This document shows positions 1-8,398 of a stretch of 64,000 nucleotides of DNA, piece after piece. Position 1 is the stretch's first letter, and the number at the start of each line of letters is the position of its first letter. The notes under the pieces are model-generated. The model had not been told where the DNA came from and did no database searches. It worked only from the letters and a program-made list of their open reading frames with translations. A program made the translations under genes and the position numbers. Source of the stretch: Candidatus Micrarchaeota archaeon (GTDB lineage Archaea > Micrarchaeota > Micrarchaeia > Micrarchaeales > Micrarchaeaceae); NCBI GenBank assembly GCA_027345565.1, contig DAHWIF010000011.1, positions 1 through 64,000 of the forward strand, read 5' to 3'.

Positions 1-1152
1 CTTTATCTGCTCGAAAGGCTCTATGATGTTCTCGCTCAGGGTGTCCCCTACGGAAAGGTCCTTTATGCCCACCAGCGCGGCTATGTTGCCTGCTGGTATG
101 GAATCTACGATCACCCTGTCCGGGCCCATGTATATGCCCACCTGCTGGAGCTTCTGCGTGCCCGACTTGCCGGATATGTGCAACTCTGTGCCCTTCTTGG
201 CATCCCCTGAGAAAATCCTGCCTACGGCGACCTCGCCAGCCTGCTGGTCGTACTTTATTCCGAATATCACGACGTTCGTCTTTGCATTTATTTCGGTGTT
301 GAGCATCGCCTTCCCGTCCTCGGAGTTGAGGTCGCCGTGCCAGATCTGGGGTATCCTGTACGGCTGGGCCTCTGCGGGGTTTGGCAGGTGCTCGACGACC
401 ATCGCAAGCGTAGCCTCGTCTATCGGGCAGAGTTCCTGCAGCTTTTGGAGGTCGTTCTTTGCGGTCAACTCAAATATGTCCTTGAACGTGGCGTTCTTCG
501 TCTCCATTATGCGCTTCGATATCGCCCATCTCCTCAACGCAGAGCCGAACGCGACGCTTCCCTTCTCGACGCTGACCTTCCATTTCTCTCCGTAGCCCTC
601 TGGAGCGTACGTCTCTATCATCTGGTTTATCTCGTTTATCAGCTTGAGCAGCCTCTCCTGCGTCTGCTCAGGGGTGAGCCTTAGCTCGGTGAGCAGCCTG
701 TCGACCTTGTTGAAGAAGAGCACTGGCTTCGCCTTCTCCTTCATCGCCTGCCTGAGCACCGTCTCGGTCTGGGGCATCACTCCCTCTGTGGGGTCCACGA
801 CAAGTATCACGCCGTCTATCGCCCTCATAGACCTTGTGACGTGCCCGCCGAAGTCGACGTGGCCGGGTGTGTCTATGAGGTTTATTATGTAGTCCTCGTT
901 CTTGTAGTTGAAGCCGAAGGATATGTATGCGGATTTTATCGTCATCCTCCTATCCTTCTCTATGTCCTCGTAGTTGGTGTAGAGGACATCCCCGGCTACG
1001 CTCTTTGATATCAGCCCTGCCCTGGCGAGCAGCGAGTCCGTAAGCGAGGTCTTACCATGGTGTACGTGAGCTATTATGCCCACGTTGCGGATGTGCTTGT
1101 GGTCGCGCATCATCTTCGCGACCTCCTCTACCACGTATTCCTTTCTTGCCAT
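1..1152 (-). CDS. fusA: Elongation factor 2 (aEF-2), 5' part; runs off the window start
   Basis: Manual translation from ATG at 1152: MARKEYVVEEVAKMMRDHKHIRNVGIIAHVHHGKTSLTD...LIDTPGHVDFGGHVTRSMRAIDG...NKVDRL. Directly downstream of uS7. Not in the ORF track. Confidence 0.97.
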   Translation of the reverse strand, partial: MARKEYVVEEVAKMMRDHKHIRNVGIIAHVHHGKTSLTDSLLARAGLISKSVAGDVLYTNYEDIEKDRRMTIKSAYISFGFNYKNEDYIINLIDTPGHVDFGGHVTRSMRAIDGVILVVDPTEGVMPQTETVLRQAMKEKAKPVLFFNKVDRLLTELRLTPEQTQERLLKLINEINQMIETYAPEGYGEKWKVSVEKGSVAFGSALRRWAISKRIMETKNATFKDIFELTAKNDLQKLQELCPIDEATLAMVVEHLPNPAEAQPYRIPQIWHGDLNSEDGKAMLNTEINAKTNVVIFGIKYDQQAGEVAVGRIFSGDAKKGTELHISGKSGTQKLQQVGIYMGPDRVIVDSIPAGNIAALVGIKDLSVGDTLSENIIEPFEQIK

Positions 1153-1162
1153 ATGGACACCG

Positions 1163-1891
1163 CTACTTCGCGCTCCTTGCCATGCGCTCTGTCTCGTTCT
1201 TCCTCTTTATCGCATAGCTGTTTATGTCGTTCTTCGATGCGAGTATCAGCTCGTTGGCGAGCGCCTGCGCGAATGTGCGCTTGTTCCTGAATGCGCCGGT
1301 CACGGTCGCCATGGCTATGTTCCTCAGCGCTATGTCGAGTCGCCTACTTGCACTGACGTCCACCGCCACGTTCGATATTATCCCGCCATATCGCACCCTG
1401 GTGGTATCCTCTATCGGCGCGCTATTCTCCAACGCCATTACGAGCACCTGGACCGGGTTCTGGCCAGTCTGCTTGCTCACCATCTCGAACGCCTCCATCA
1501 TCGCCCGCGCCACCTTCATCTTCTTGCCCTGTAGGCGCCCTTTTGTCCTTATCACCTTGCCGCCAATCTTTCCGCCTGTGCCGCCGCGCATGAGGGCGTT
1601 CTCCAGCCTCTCTATTATGTTGAGGTTCGCCTTGTGGAATGTGCTCTGGCTCCTCCTGCCGTACGAATTCGGATACGCTATCGGCTTTAGGTTGATGTAG
1701 TTCTTCATGCTTGGGTCGTAGACCTCAACATCGTAGCTGTACTTGTTGAACAGCATAGTAGAGCCTGATAGAAATATCTCCTTTTTCTGCGCTTCCGAAG
1801 GCTGGGCCTGGGCCCTTTTCCTTCTCTGGGCAGATTTCGGCTGTGCGGCCGCCTTGTCGGTTCCCCCCTGTAGCTGCTGCTCGTCCGCCAT
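1163..1891 (-). CDS. rps7: 30S ribosomal protein uS7
   Basis: NPVQVLVMALENSAPIEDTTRVRYGG, AVDVSASRRLDIALRNI and KRKNETERMARSAK motifs; S12-S7-EF2 order. Confidence 0.97.
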   Translation of the reverse strand: MADEQQLQGGTDKAAAQPKSAQRRKRAQAQPSEAQKKEIFLSGSTMLFNKYSYDVEVYDPSMKNYINLKPIAYPNSYGRRSQSTFHKANLNIIERLENALMRGGTGGKIGGKVIRTKGRLQGKKMKVARAMMEAFEMVSKQTGQNPVQVLVMALENSAPIEDTTRVRYGGIISNVAVDVSASRRLDIALRNIAMATVTGAFRNKRTFAQALANELILASKNDINSYAIKRKNETERMARSAK

Positions 1892-1895
1892 CCGA

Positions 1896-2324
1896 TCATC
1901 TCTTCTGCTTCTCAGCCTTGCCCTTGATTATCCTCACAAGGTTTGTACCGTTTACCTCCACAACCTTATACTTCCAGCCGGGTATGCAGCCCATCTGGCC
2001 CCTCTGCGATCCTCCCATCCCGACCACCGTGACTTCGTCGTGCTCATCTATGAAATTGATCGCGCCATCGCCTGGCGCGTACGCGCTGACGACCTTGTGG
2101 TTCTTTATGAACTGCAGCTTTACGCCTTTGATTATGCCGGAGTGGGGCTGCTTCTGCTCAGCAGATATCTTCTGGAGCACTATCCCCTTCGCCATCGGCA
2201 CGGTGCCCATGGGGTCATACTTCTGCTTCAGGCGGAAAAGCCTCCTTTTCAAAGGCTTCTTGAGAAGTCTCTGGTGCTTTCGCTGCCTCACAAGCTTTCT
2301 CGCAGCAAATTCACCGTTCGGCAT
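1896..2324 (-). CDS. rps12: 30S ribosomal protein uS12 (archaeal type)
   Basis: GEFAARKL, KGIVLQK, APGDGAINFIDEHDEVTVVG, YKVVEVNG. Confidence 0.96.
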   Translation of the reverse strand: MPNGEFAARKLVRQRKHQRLLKKPLKRRLFRLKQKYDPMGTVPMAKGIVLQKISAEQKQPHSGIIKGVKLQFIKNHKVVSAYAPGDGAINFIDEHDEVTVVGMGGSQRGQMGCIPGWKYKVVEVNGTNLVRIIKGKAEKQKR

Positions 2325-2328
2325 ATCA

Positions 2329-2622
2329 TCAATCCTTGAGTATGCTGGAGTGTCCAGCGTCTATCACAGACAGCATGGATATCGAGTACGGCTTGCCGCA
2401 CATCGAGCCCAGCTCTACGGGGTTCCCTTCAAACTTTATGACCTTTATGCCTGCGACGCTGGCCATGTGGAGTATGTCCTGCAGGTTGCTCTCCTTGTTC
2501 TTCGACGCCACTATCACCAGCTTGGCCGTGCTATCCCTTATGGAATCGATTACTGAGTTGAGCCCTATCGCTGTCTTACCGCTGTCCACAGCTAGACGTA
2601 TATTGTTTGTTAGATCTGCCAT
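2329..2622 (-). CDS. rpl30e: 50S ribosomal protein eL30
   Basis: MADLTNNIRLAVDSGK...AKLVIVAS...ELGSMCGKPYSISMLSVIDAGHSSIL; start taken at ATG 2622. Confidence 0.95.
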   Translation of the reverse strand: MADLTNNIRLAVDSGKTAIGLNSVIDSIRDSTAKLVIVASKNKESNLQDILHMASVAGIKVIKFEGNPVELGSMCGKPYSISMLSVIDAGHSSILKD

Positions 2623-2734
2623 GCAAAACACGCCAGAAATAAGAATCCGCCCGCAGGGGGAGAACTCAAAGATATTCTCGTGGAAAAGTATATATAGGTT
2701 CATGTAGGCGCACGGCGTTGGGCGCATTGCCGCT

Positions 2735-3037
2735 TTACGCGTGTATCAGCATCGGCACCACGAATATTGCGAACATTATGTCGATGAAGACCACTACGGT
2801 TATCGCAATGTAAATGCGGTTTCTTTCCATCGCAAATGAGAATATCGAAAGCAGCACCCTGGCTATTGGGGTTGAAAAAAGTATGAAGATGCCGAGGACC
2901 ATGAGCTCGTACCCGAGCCGGTAGGAGCTTGGGACTGCATAGGCGAGCAGTATGCCGATTGCCAGCACGGCTGCGCTGGCTATCACGCCAGCCCTGAGCA
3001 TCCACGATATCGCAGTTTCCATTTTTGCCCCGTTCAT
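2735..3037 (-). CDS. Small membrane protein, DUF1634-like
   Basis: Three hydrophobic segments; ISWMLRAGV and GIFILFSTPIARV motifs; overlaps the TauE gene, the usual pairing. Confidence 0.75.
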   Translation of the reverse strand: MNGAKMETAISWMLRAGVIASAAVLAIGILLAYAVPSSYRLGYELMVLGIFILFSTPIARVLLSIFSFAMERNRIYIAITVVVFIDIMFAIFVVPMLIHA

Positions 3038-3882
3038 GCTATACCAACTCCCCTCAATATTGATTCTACGGCTACGATCGCCAATATGATGATGAAAAGA
3101 CGGACTATCACTCTATTCCTTTCCGTTTCCATCACCTTGCTCCCTGCGTACGCGCCTATCGCAGTGCCAATCACAACAGGCGCGACAAGCGTGGGCCTTA
3201 TGTAGCCAAGCGCCCAGTATATGCCGCTGCCGGTCACTGCCGTCACGCCTATCATGAAGTCGCTCGTGGCAGTGCTTACCTTGATTGGCAGGCGCATGGC
3301 CGAGTCCATGCCAAGGACTTTCAGCACCCCCGAGCCTATGCCCAACAACCCGGAGAGGAATCCTGCGCAAACCATGACGGCTTCTCCCCAAAGCCAGCGC
3401 ACCCCTTTGTAATGCACGGTAGTCTTGGCCGGCTTGTCGTAATAGCTGCCCTTGAGCTGGAAGAACCTTGTCGACCAGTCGCCCTTCCTGGCTAACGTGC
3501 CGCCCCTTTTCCTCAGCATCACATACAGCGAAAAGAGGAGGGCTATGCCGAAGAGCACAAGTATCACATCTGGTAGATTATGCGCATAGACCACAGCAGC
3601 GGCTAGCGCTCCGCCTATCGCACCGAGAGTCGTTCCTATCTCTAAAGACATGCCTATGCGTATGTTTGTTATCCTGTCGCGGATGTAAGCGGCGGCCGCG
3701 CCGCTGGATGTTGCGATTGTGGCGACAAGGCTGGCGCCGACAGCGTATTCTACCGGTACTCCGAGGAAAATCGCAAGCACCGGCATTATTACCACAGCCC
3801 CGCCAAGGCCTGTCATCGAGCCGATGAAGCCTGCGGCGACTCCGATTACGGCAAGCAGCAATGTATAGAGAAACTGCATCAA
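3034..3882 (-). CDS. Sulfite exporter TauE/SafE family protein
   Basis: Duplicated GxxGxGGG motifs (GSMTGLGGA, SGLLGIGSG), STATSDFMIG; multiple TM segments. Confidence 0.9.
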   Translation of the reverse strand: MMQFLYTLLLAVIGVAAGFIGSMTGLGGAVVIMPVLAIFLGVPVEYAVGASLVATIATSSGAAAAYIRDRITNIRIGMSLEIGTTLGAIGGALAAAVVYAHNLPDVILVLFGIALLFSLYVMLRKRGGTLARKGDWSTRFFQLKGSYYDKPAKTTVHYKGVRWLWGEAVMVCAGFLSGLLGIGSGVLKVLGMDSAMRLPIKVSTATSDFMIGVTAVTGSGIYWALGYIRPTLVAPVVIGTAIGAYAGSKVMETERNRVIVRLFIIILAIVAVESILRGVGIA

Positions 3883-3929
3883 TTAATCATATGCTGATTG
3901 TAAGCACTAGCTTAAAAATCAGTGTGGAT

Positions 3930-4934
3930 TCAGTCTTGCAGCACAGTGTTGCACCCGGCCGGCTGGCTTAGCATGCCGCTCAATACAAGCTTCAGGTATC
4001 CGAGGAACGGCACCGACCCTATGACCTTGCCCTCGACGAGGGATTGGTTGGACGGCAGGTTCTGATACTGCATGTCAAGGCCGGGGTTATTGTCGCCCTT
4101 TGTCAGGTAATAGTATGTGCCGCTAGCGTTCAATACCGCATAAACCCTGTGGACTATATAAGTGTCGCCATCTTTGTAGAAGGAGTCCTGTGGCACTGTC
4201 TTGTAAACTATTATGCTGTTGTTCCTATCCCCGGTTATCGTCGTATTGCCTATGGTTATCGAGCTTGTATATGCCTCCTTCATCACGGTGCCGTTGCTGA
4301 ATACCACGTCGGCAACCCCGCATGTGTACTTGACAAGGTTCCCGGACTGGCCGGAATACGGCACTATGGAGCCGCTGCCGCTTGAGGAGGGCTTGAAAAG
4401 CCCGATGGAATAGCCAGGCTGCACCACCTGCGATACGAACAGGGTATTGCCGCTCACATTGTACGCCACGCATTCGAGCGACTCTCCGGCTTGGTTGCTC
4501 AGCATCCCCTGCAGTTCGCTCTTCGTGACCTTCACCTCCGGAGCGCGTATTGTAGATGCATTTGCTCCCTGCAGAAGTATCATATCGCCGCGCTGCAGCG
4601 CTGGCAGCATGCTGCAGCTCGGTACTGCGTCTATCGGATTGCTGGTGTGGAGCACTGCCCTGAGCGCGAACCAGAATGCCACAACGACGATTATCGCGGC
4701 CAGTATCTCCAGCGCGCTCCTCATCTTTCCCGATTCTCTCGACCCGTTTATTATCTCTAGGCCTATCAGGACCACGAGTATCACGAATGCCATCACGCCG
4801 AATATGACGGCCAGCGAAGCTACGCCTTGGTACACTATGTAGAGGGCGAAGGCGATGACCAGTATTATGTAGAGGGGCCATGTCGTTATGCCGCCCCTTT
4901 TTGCGCTTTTCCCGCTGGCCGCTTTACTAGCCAC
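3930..4934 (-). CDS. Signal peptidase I (S26, SEC11-like) with large insertion
   Basis: Three N-terminal TMs; SCSMLPALQRGD (catalytic Ser), IVHRV (His), TKGDNN. Confidence 0.88.
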   Translation of the reverse strand: MASKAASGKSAKRGGITTWPLYIILVIAFALYIVYQGVASLAVIFGVMAFVILVVLIGLEIINGSRESGKMRSALEILAAIIVVVAFWFALRAVLHTSNPIDAVPSCSMLPALQRGDMILLQGANASTIRAPEVKVTKSELQGMLSNQAGESLECVAYNVSGNTLFVSQVVQPGYSIGLFKPSSSGSGSIVPYSGQSGNLVKYTCGVADVVFSNGTVMKEAYTSSITIGNTTITGDRNNSIIVYKTVPQDSFYKDGDTYIVHRVYAVLNASGTYYYLTKGDNNPGLDMQYQNLPSNQSLVEGKVIGSVPFLGYLKLVLSGMLSQPAGCNTVLQD

Positions 4935-7900
4935 TCATACCACTGGTTGCCTGCTGTTCGTCAGCTCTATTCCAACGACCCTTGACTGGTTCTCCTGCTT
5001 GACTACGCCTACCGCAGTGTCGGCCATCGTTATCAGGGGGTCGTTGTGGCTTATCACAACAAACTGGGAGTTCTTGCTCAACTCCTTGACCAGCTTCGAC
5101 AGCTTCTTCGAGTTCTCCTTGTCAAGCGCCACATCTATCTCGTCGTACAGGTAGAATGACATCGGCTTCCTCATCTGTATGGCAAAGAGCAGCGCGAAGA
5201 TCACGAGGGATTTTTGGCCCCCGGAGAGCTCCTCCTCGCTGTGCTTCCTGTTAGCCGTCTGTATGTTGAAAAGCAGCTTGGCGTTGAACGGCTCACTCTG
5301 ATTATCCAGATACAGGTATGCCGATCCGTCGAATATGCTGCTGTACAGCCTCTTGAAGTTCTCGTTGACCTGCGCGAACGTTTCGTTGAATGCGTTGAGC
5401 CTCCTGGACTCTATCTCGCCTACCATCGCCATTATGGAATCCTTCTCCTTGTTCAGTATTCCGAGCTTCCTGGCAGCCTCGTCAACGTCCCTCTTCCTCT
5501 GCGCATACGCTTCGGGAGCCTTGAGGTTTACGTTGCCGAGCAGCTCCATCTCGTGCCTGCACTCCAGCTGCTTGGTCTCAAGCTCCTGCATGTCCTTGAA
5601 AGCCACCGGCTCTATCTCGGTGTAGGAGAGCAGCTCCGCCTTTATGTCGCTCAGCCTTGTCTGAAGCTGCGACCTCCTCGACTCTGCCTCTATCATCTCC
5701 TTCTCGAGCCTGGCCATCTCCCCTGCCATCTTGCCCTTCTGCTGGGCCGTGCGGTCGATCTTATCGTCATGCCCCTGGAGCTCCTTGAGCAGCGAGTCCG
5801 AGCTCGAGCTCCTGTCCTTTATGCTCTCCTGTATCTCCTGCTTCTTCTTGCCGTGATCCGCGATCGCCGTGTCCGCCTCGGCCATCTGCGCTTTCGACGC
5901 CTTTATCGATGCTTCCTCTTCCTTCAGCTCCTTGGCTATCTGCTTTGCCCTGTCGGCCCTCATCTCGTTCTCCTTCTCTATCGACCCGAGCCTGACCTTG
6001 ATGCTCTCTACCTCCTCCCTGAGGCTCTTCAGCCTGTCTGCGCTCTGCTTGCCGTCGCGGCCAGGCTTCTTGGAGCCCGCAGACCTGTTCAGTGCGGTGT
6101 ACAGGCTGTCGCATTCGGCCTTGAGCACCTCCTTCTCCTTCTCTATCTCTATCTTCCTGCTTGCGAAGCCCTCCTTGGACTTGCTAAGCACCCTTATTCT
6201 TTCTGCCATGCCAGATGACGACTTTGAGAGGGTGCTTGCCGTGCCCTCGAGCTTGGAGAGCTCTGCCTGCAGGTACTTAGCCCTAGCCTGGCACTCCGCA
6301 ACTTCGATTTCGGATGAAGCCACAGCCTTCCTCCTCTGCTCCCACTCCGCCTCTGTCTCACGCATCCTGGCGGCCAAGGCGCTCCTCTCCGATGCGAGCT
6401 TGCTGAGCTTCGCCTCTAGCACGGCGGGCAGCTGCTGCACTCCGAGCTTGCCGCCTGTCACTATCCCAGACTGCTCCACCACATCGCCGTCGAGAGTGAC
6501 CAATCTGTGCTTTCCGACCTCCTTCACGGCCTTTATCCTGTCAACTATGTACGTGTTCGAAAATATGTATTCGAACGCCTTCCTGTATTTGGAATCGAAC
6601 TTGATATTGTTTATAAGCGGTTCCATGCCGTTTATTTCGCGGGTCTCTTGGGAGTTTATCTCTTTAAGGGGTATGAAGGATGCCCTGCCGAGCCCCTTCG
6701 ACTTTATTATCTCTATCGCCTGGCTGGCTGTGTCCACAGAATCAACGACAAAATAGTTCAGCCTGCTTGATCCGGCAGCGTATACCGCAATAGCATACTT
6801 GCTGTCATAGCTGCAGAGCTCAGATGCCCTTCCGTAGAACCCTTTCTTCATCTCCGACTTAAGAACTGCTGCAACCCTGTCTGCGCTCCTACCAGACATG
6901 GCAAGAGCCTCCTTGACGTTTATCATCTCAGTATCGCATGCTGATACCCTCTCCCTGAGCTCATCCATCTTTTTCTGGTATGCTTGGAGCTCCTTCCTAT
7001 CGATTGCAGCCCGCTCCTCCGCTGACCCGATCTTCGACTGCAGCACCTGCAGCTCCTTCGCTGCCGCATCCTGCTCTGCGCGCAGCTCATCGAGTCTCTG
7101 CTTCGCATCCTTCAGGCCCTCCTCCTGCTTCGACAGCTCTGAATTGCACGATACGTATTCAGCGTTGATGCTGGACAGCCGCGATTCGAGTGCCTCTCGC
7201 TCCTTCTGCTTGTCCGAGTACTTCGTGATCAGTTCCTTTTCCCCGGAGTCTACATCGATCTTTTGCAGCTCCTGCTCGCTCTCTGAGAGCCTCGACTTCA
7301 GCGTGCCAGTCATCTTGGAATTCTGCTCGATCTGGGCCTTTATCTGGTCGGACTCCTCTTTGAGCTGCTTTACGCGCTCTTTGCTCCTCGCAAGCGCCTC
7401 CTGTATATGCGCCTTCTCCGAGTCCTTTATCTTTATTATGGAGTTGGCCTCCTCTATCAGCTTGTTGGCCGTGGCGAGCTCTATCGAGCTCTCGTTGAGC
7501 TTCTTTGTCAGCTTCTCCCTGTATGAGGTAGCGTCCAGGAGCTCGTCATCGAGCTTCTTCAGCTGCATTTCGAGATCCTTCTGCCTGCCTGCGGCATTCT
7601 CGTGGCTCTCGACAGCTTTCTCGTACTCAGCCCCTATCTGCGCCTCCCTCGCCTTGAGTATCGTATACGCGACCCTCTTTGATGTGATGAGAAGCTCTGT
7701 GTACCTCTCTGCGTCGGTCTTCTCCTTCTCCAGCTCGTTGAGGAATGCCTGCCGCTCGTTAAGCTGTATGTTCGATTCGGTTATCTTCGTGTCAACCTTC
7801 TCAAGCTCCTTCATCGCGCTCTCTTTCTTGTCATCGAATTCCTTTACTCCGGCTGCGACATCTATCAGCCCCCTGCGCTCCCTCGGGCTGAGGCTGAGAA

Positions 7901-8327
7901 GCTTGCTTATCTCGCCCTGCGCTATCGTATTCGTCTCGTTTATCTCTGCCTTGTGCGCCCTCAGCACGTCTAGAAGCTCCTGCCTCGATGCCCTTTTTCC
8001 ATTTATCCTATAGGCTATCTTGTTGTTCGACTTTATCATTCTTGATACATCGAGGTTCTCGTCGCCGGTGAAAGAGACCGTAACATACGCCCTTCTCACG
8101 CCGTCGCCCTTTGACGACTTTGCCGTGCTGTTGATTAGCCCTTTCGCCGATGACACCCTCATGCGCTTCAGAGAGGATTCCCCAAGGGCGAAAAGGAGTG
8201 AGTCGCATATGTTCGACTTTCCGGAGCCGTTTGGCCCGACTATGCAGTTGAAGCCCTTGCTGAAGTTAAGGCTCGCGTGCTTGAACGACTTGAAGTTATG
8301 AATGGTTATCCTATCGAGATACAGCAT
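4935..8327 (-). CDS. smc: Chromosome segregation protein SMC
   Basis: Walker A GPNGSGKSN, long coiled coils, hinge (GRASFIPL, VTLDGDVVEQSGIVTGG), LSGGQKS signature, YLYDEIDVALD. Confidence 0.96.
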   Translation of the reverse strand: MLYLDRITIHNFKSFKHASLNFSKGFNCIVGPNGSGKSNICDSLLFALGESSLKRMRVSSAKGLINSTAKSSKGDGVRRAYVTVSFTGDENLDVSRMIKSNNKIAYRINGKRASRQELLDVLRAHKAEINETNTIAQGEISKLLSLSPRERRGLIDVAAGVKEFDDKKESAMKELEKVDTKITESNIQLNERQAFLNELEKEKTDAERYTELLITSKRVAYTILKAREAQIGAEYEKAVESHENAAGRQKDLEMQLKKLDDELLDATSYREKLTKKLNESSIELATANKLIEEANSIIKIKDSEKAHIQEALARSKERVKQLKEESDQIKAQIEQNSKMTGTLKSRLSESEQELQKIDVDSGEKELITKYSDKQKEREALESRLSSINAEYVSCNSELSKQEEGLKDAKQRLDELRAEQDAAAKELQVLQSKIGSAEERAAIDRKELQAYQKKMDELRERVSACDTEMINVKEALAMSGRSADRVAAVLKSEMKKGFYGRASELCSYDSKYAIAVYAAGSSRLNYFVVDSVDTASQAIEIIKSKGLGRASFIPLKEINSQETREINGMEPLINNIKFDSKYRKAFEYIFSNTYIVDRIKAVKEVGKHRLVTLDGDVVEQSGIVTGGKLGVQQLPAVLEAKLSKLASERSALAARMRETEAEWEQRRKAVASSEIEVAECQARAKYLQAELSKLEGTASTLSKSSSGMAERIRVLSKSKEGFASRKIEIEKEKEVLKAECDSLYTALNRSAGSKKPGRDGKQSADRLKSLREEVESIKVRLGSIEKENEMRADRAKQIAKELKEEEASIKASKAQMAEADTAIADHGKKKQEIQESIKDRSSSSDSLLKELQGHDDKIDRTAQQKGKMAGEMARLEKEMIEAESRRSQLQTRLSDIKAELLSYTEIEPVAFKDMQELETKQLECRHEMELLGNVNLKAPEAYAQRKRDVDEAARKLGILNKEKDSIMAMVGEIESRRLNAFNETFAQVNENFKRLYSSIFDGSAYLYLDNQSEPFNAKLLFNIQTANRKHSEEELSGGQKSLVIFALLFAIQMRKPMSFYLYDEIDVALDKENSKKLSKLVKELSKNSQFVVISHNDPLITMADTAVGVVKQENQSRVVGIELTNSRQPVV

Positions 8328-8398
8328 TAATCCACCAGGGTCGCGCTGGTTATTATCTAGGCGTATGTTCCTTATTTATAGCTTTTGATTTAGCGGAT

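Noticed and set aside
23-892. Plus-strand ORFs at the window start
   Set aside because: Antisense shadows of EF-2 on the minus strand
5214-8013. Long plus-strand ORFs (334, 295 and 371 aa) opposite smc
   Set aside because: Ser/Leu/Phe-rich antisense shadows of a Lys/Glu-rich coiled-coil gene; no motifs
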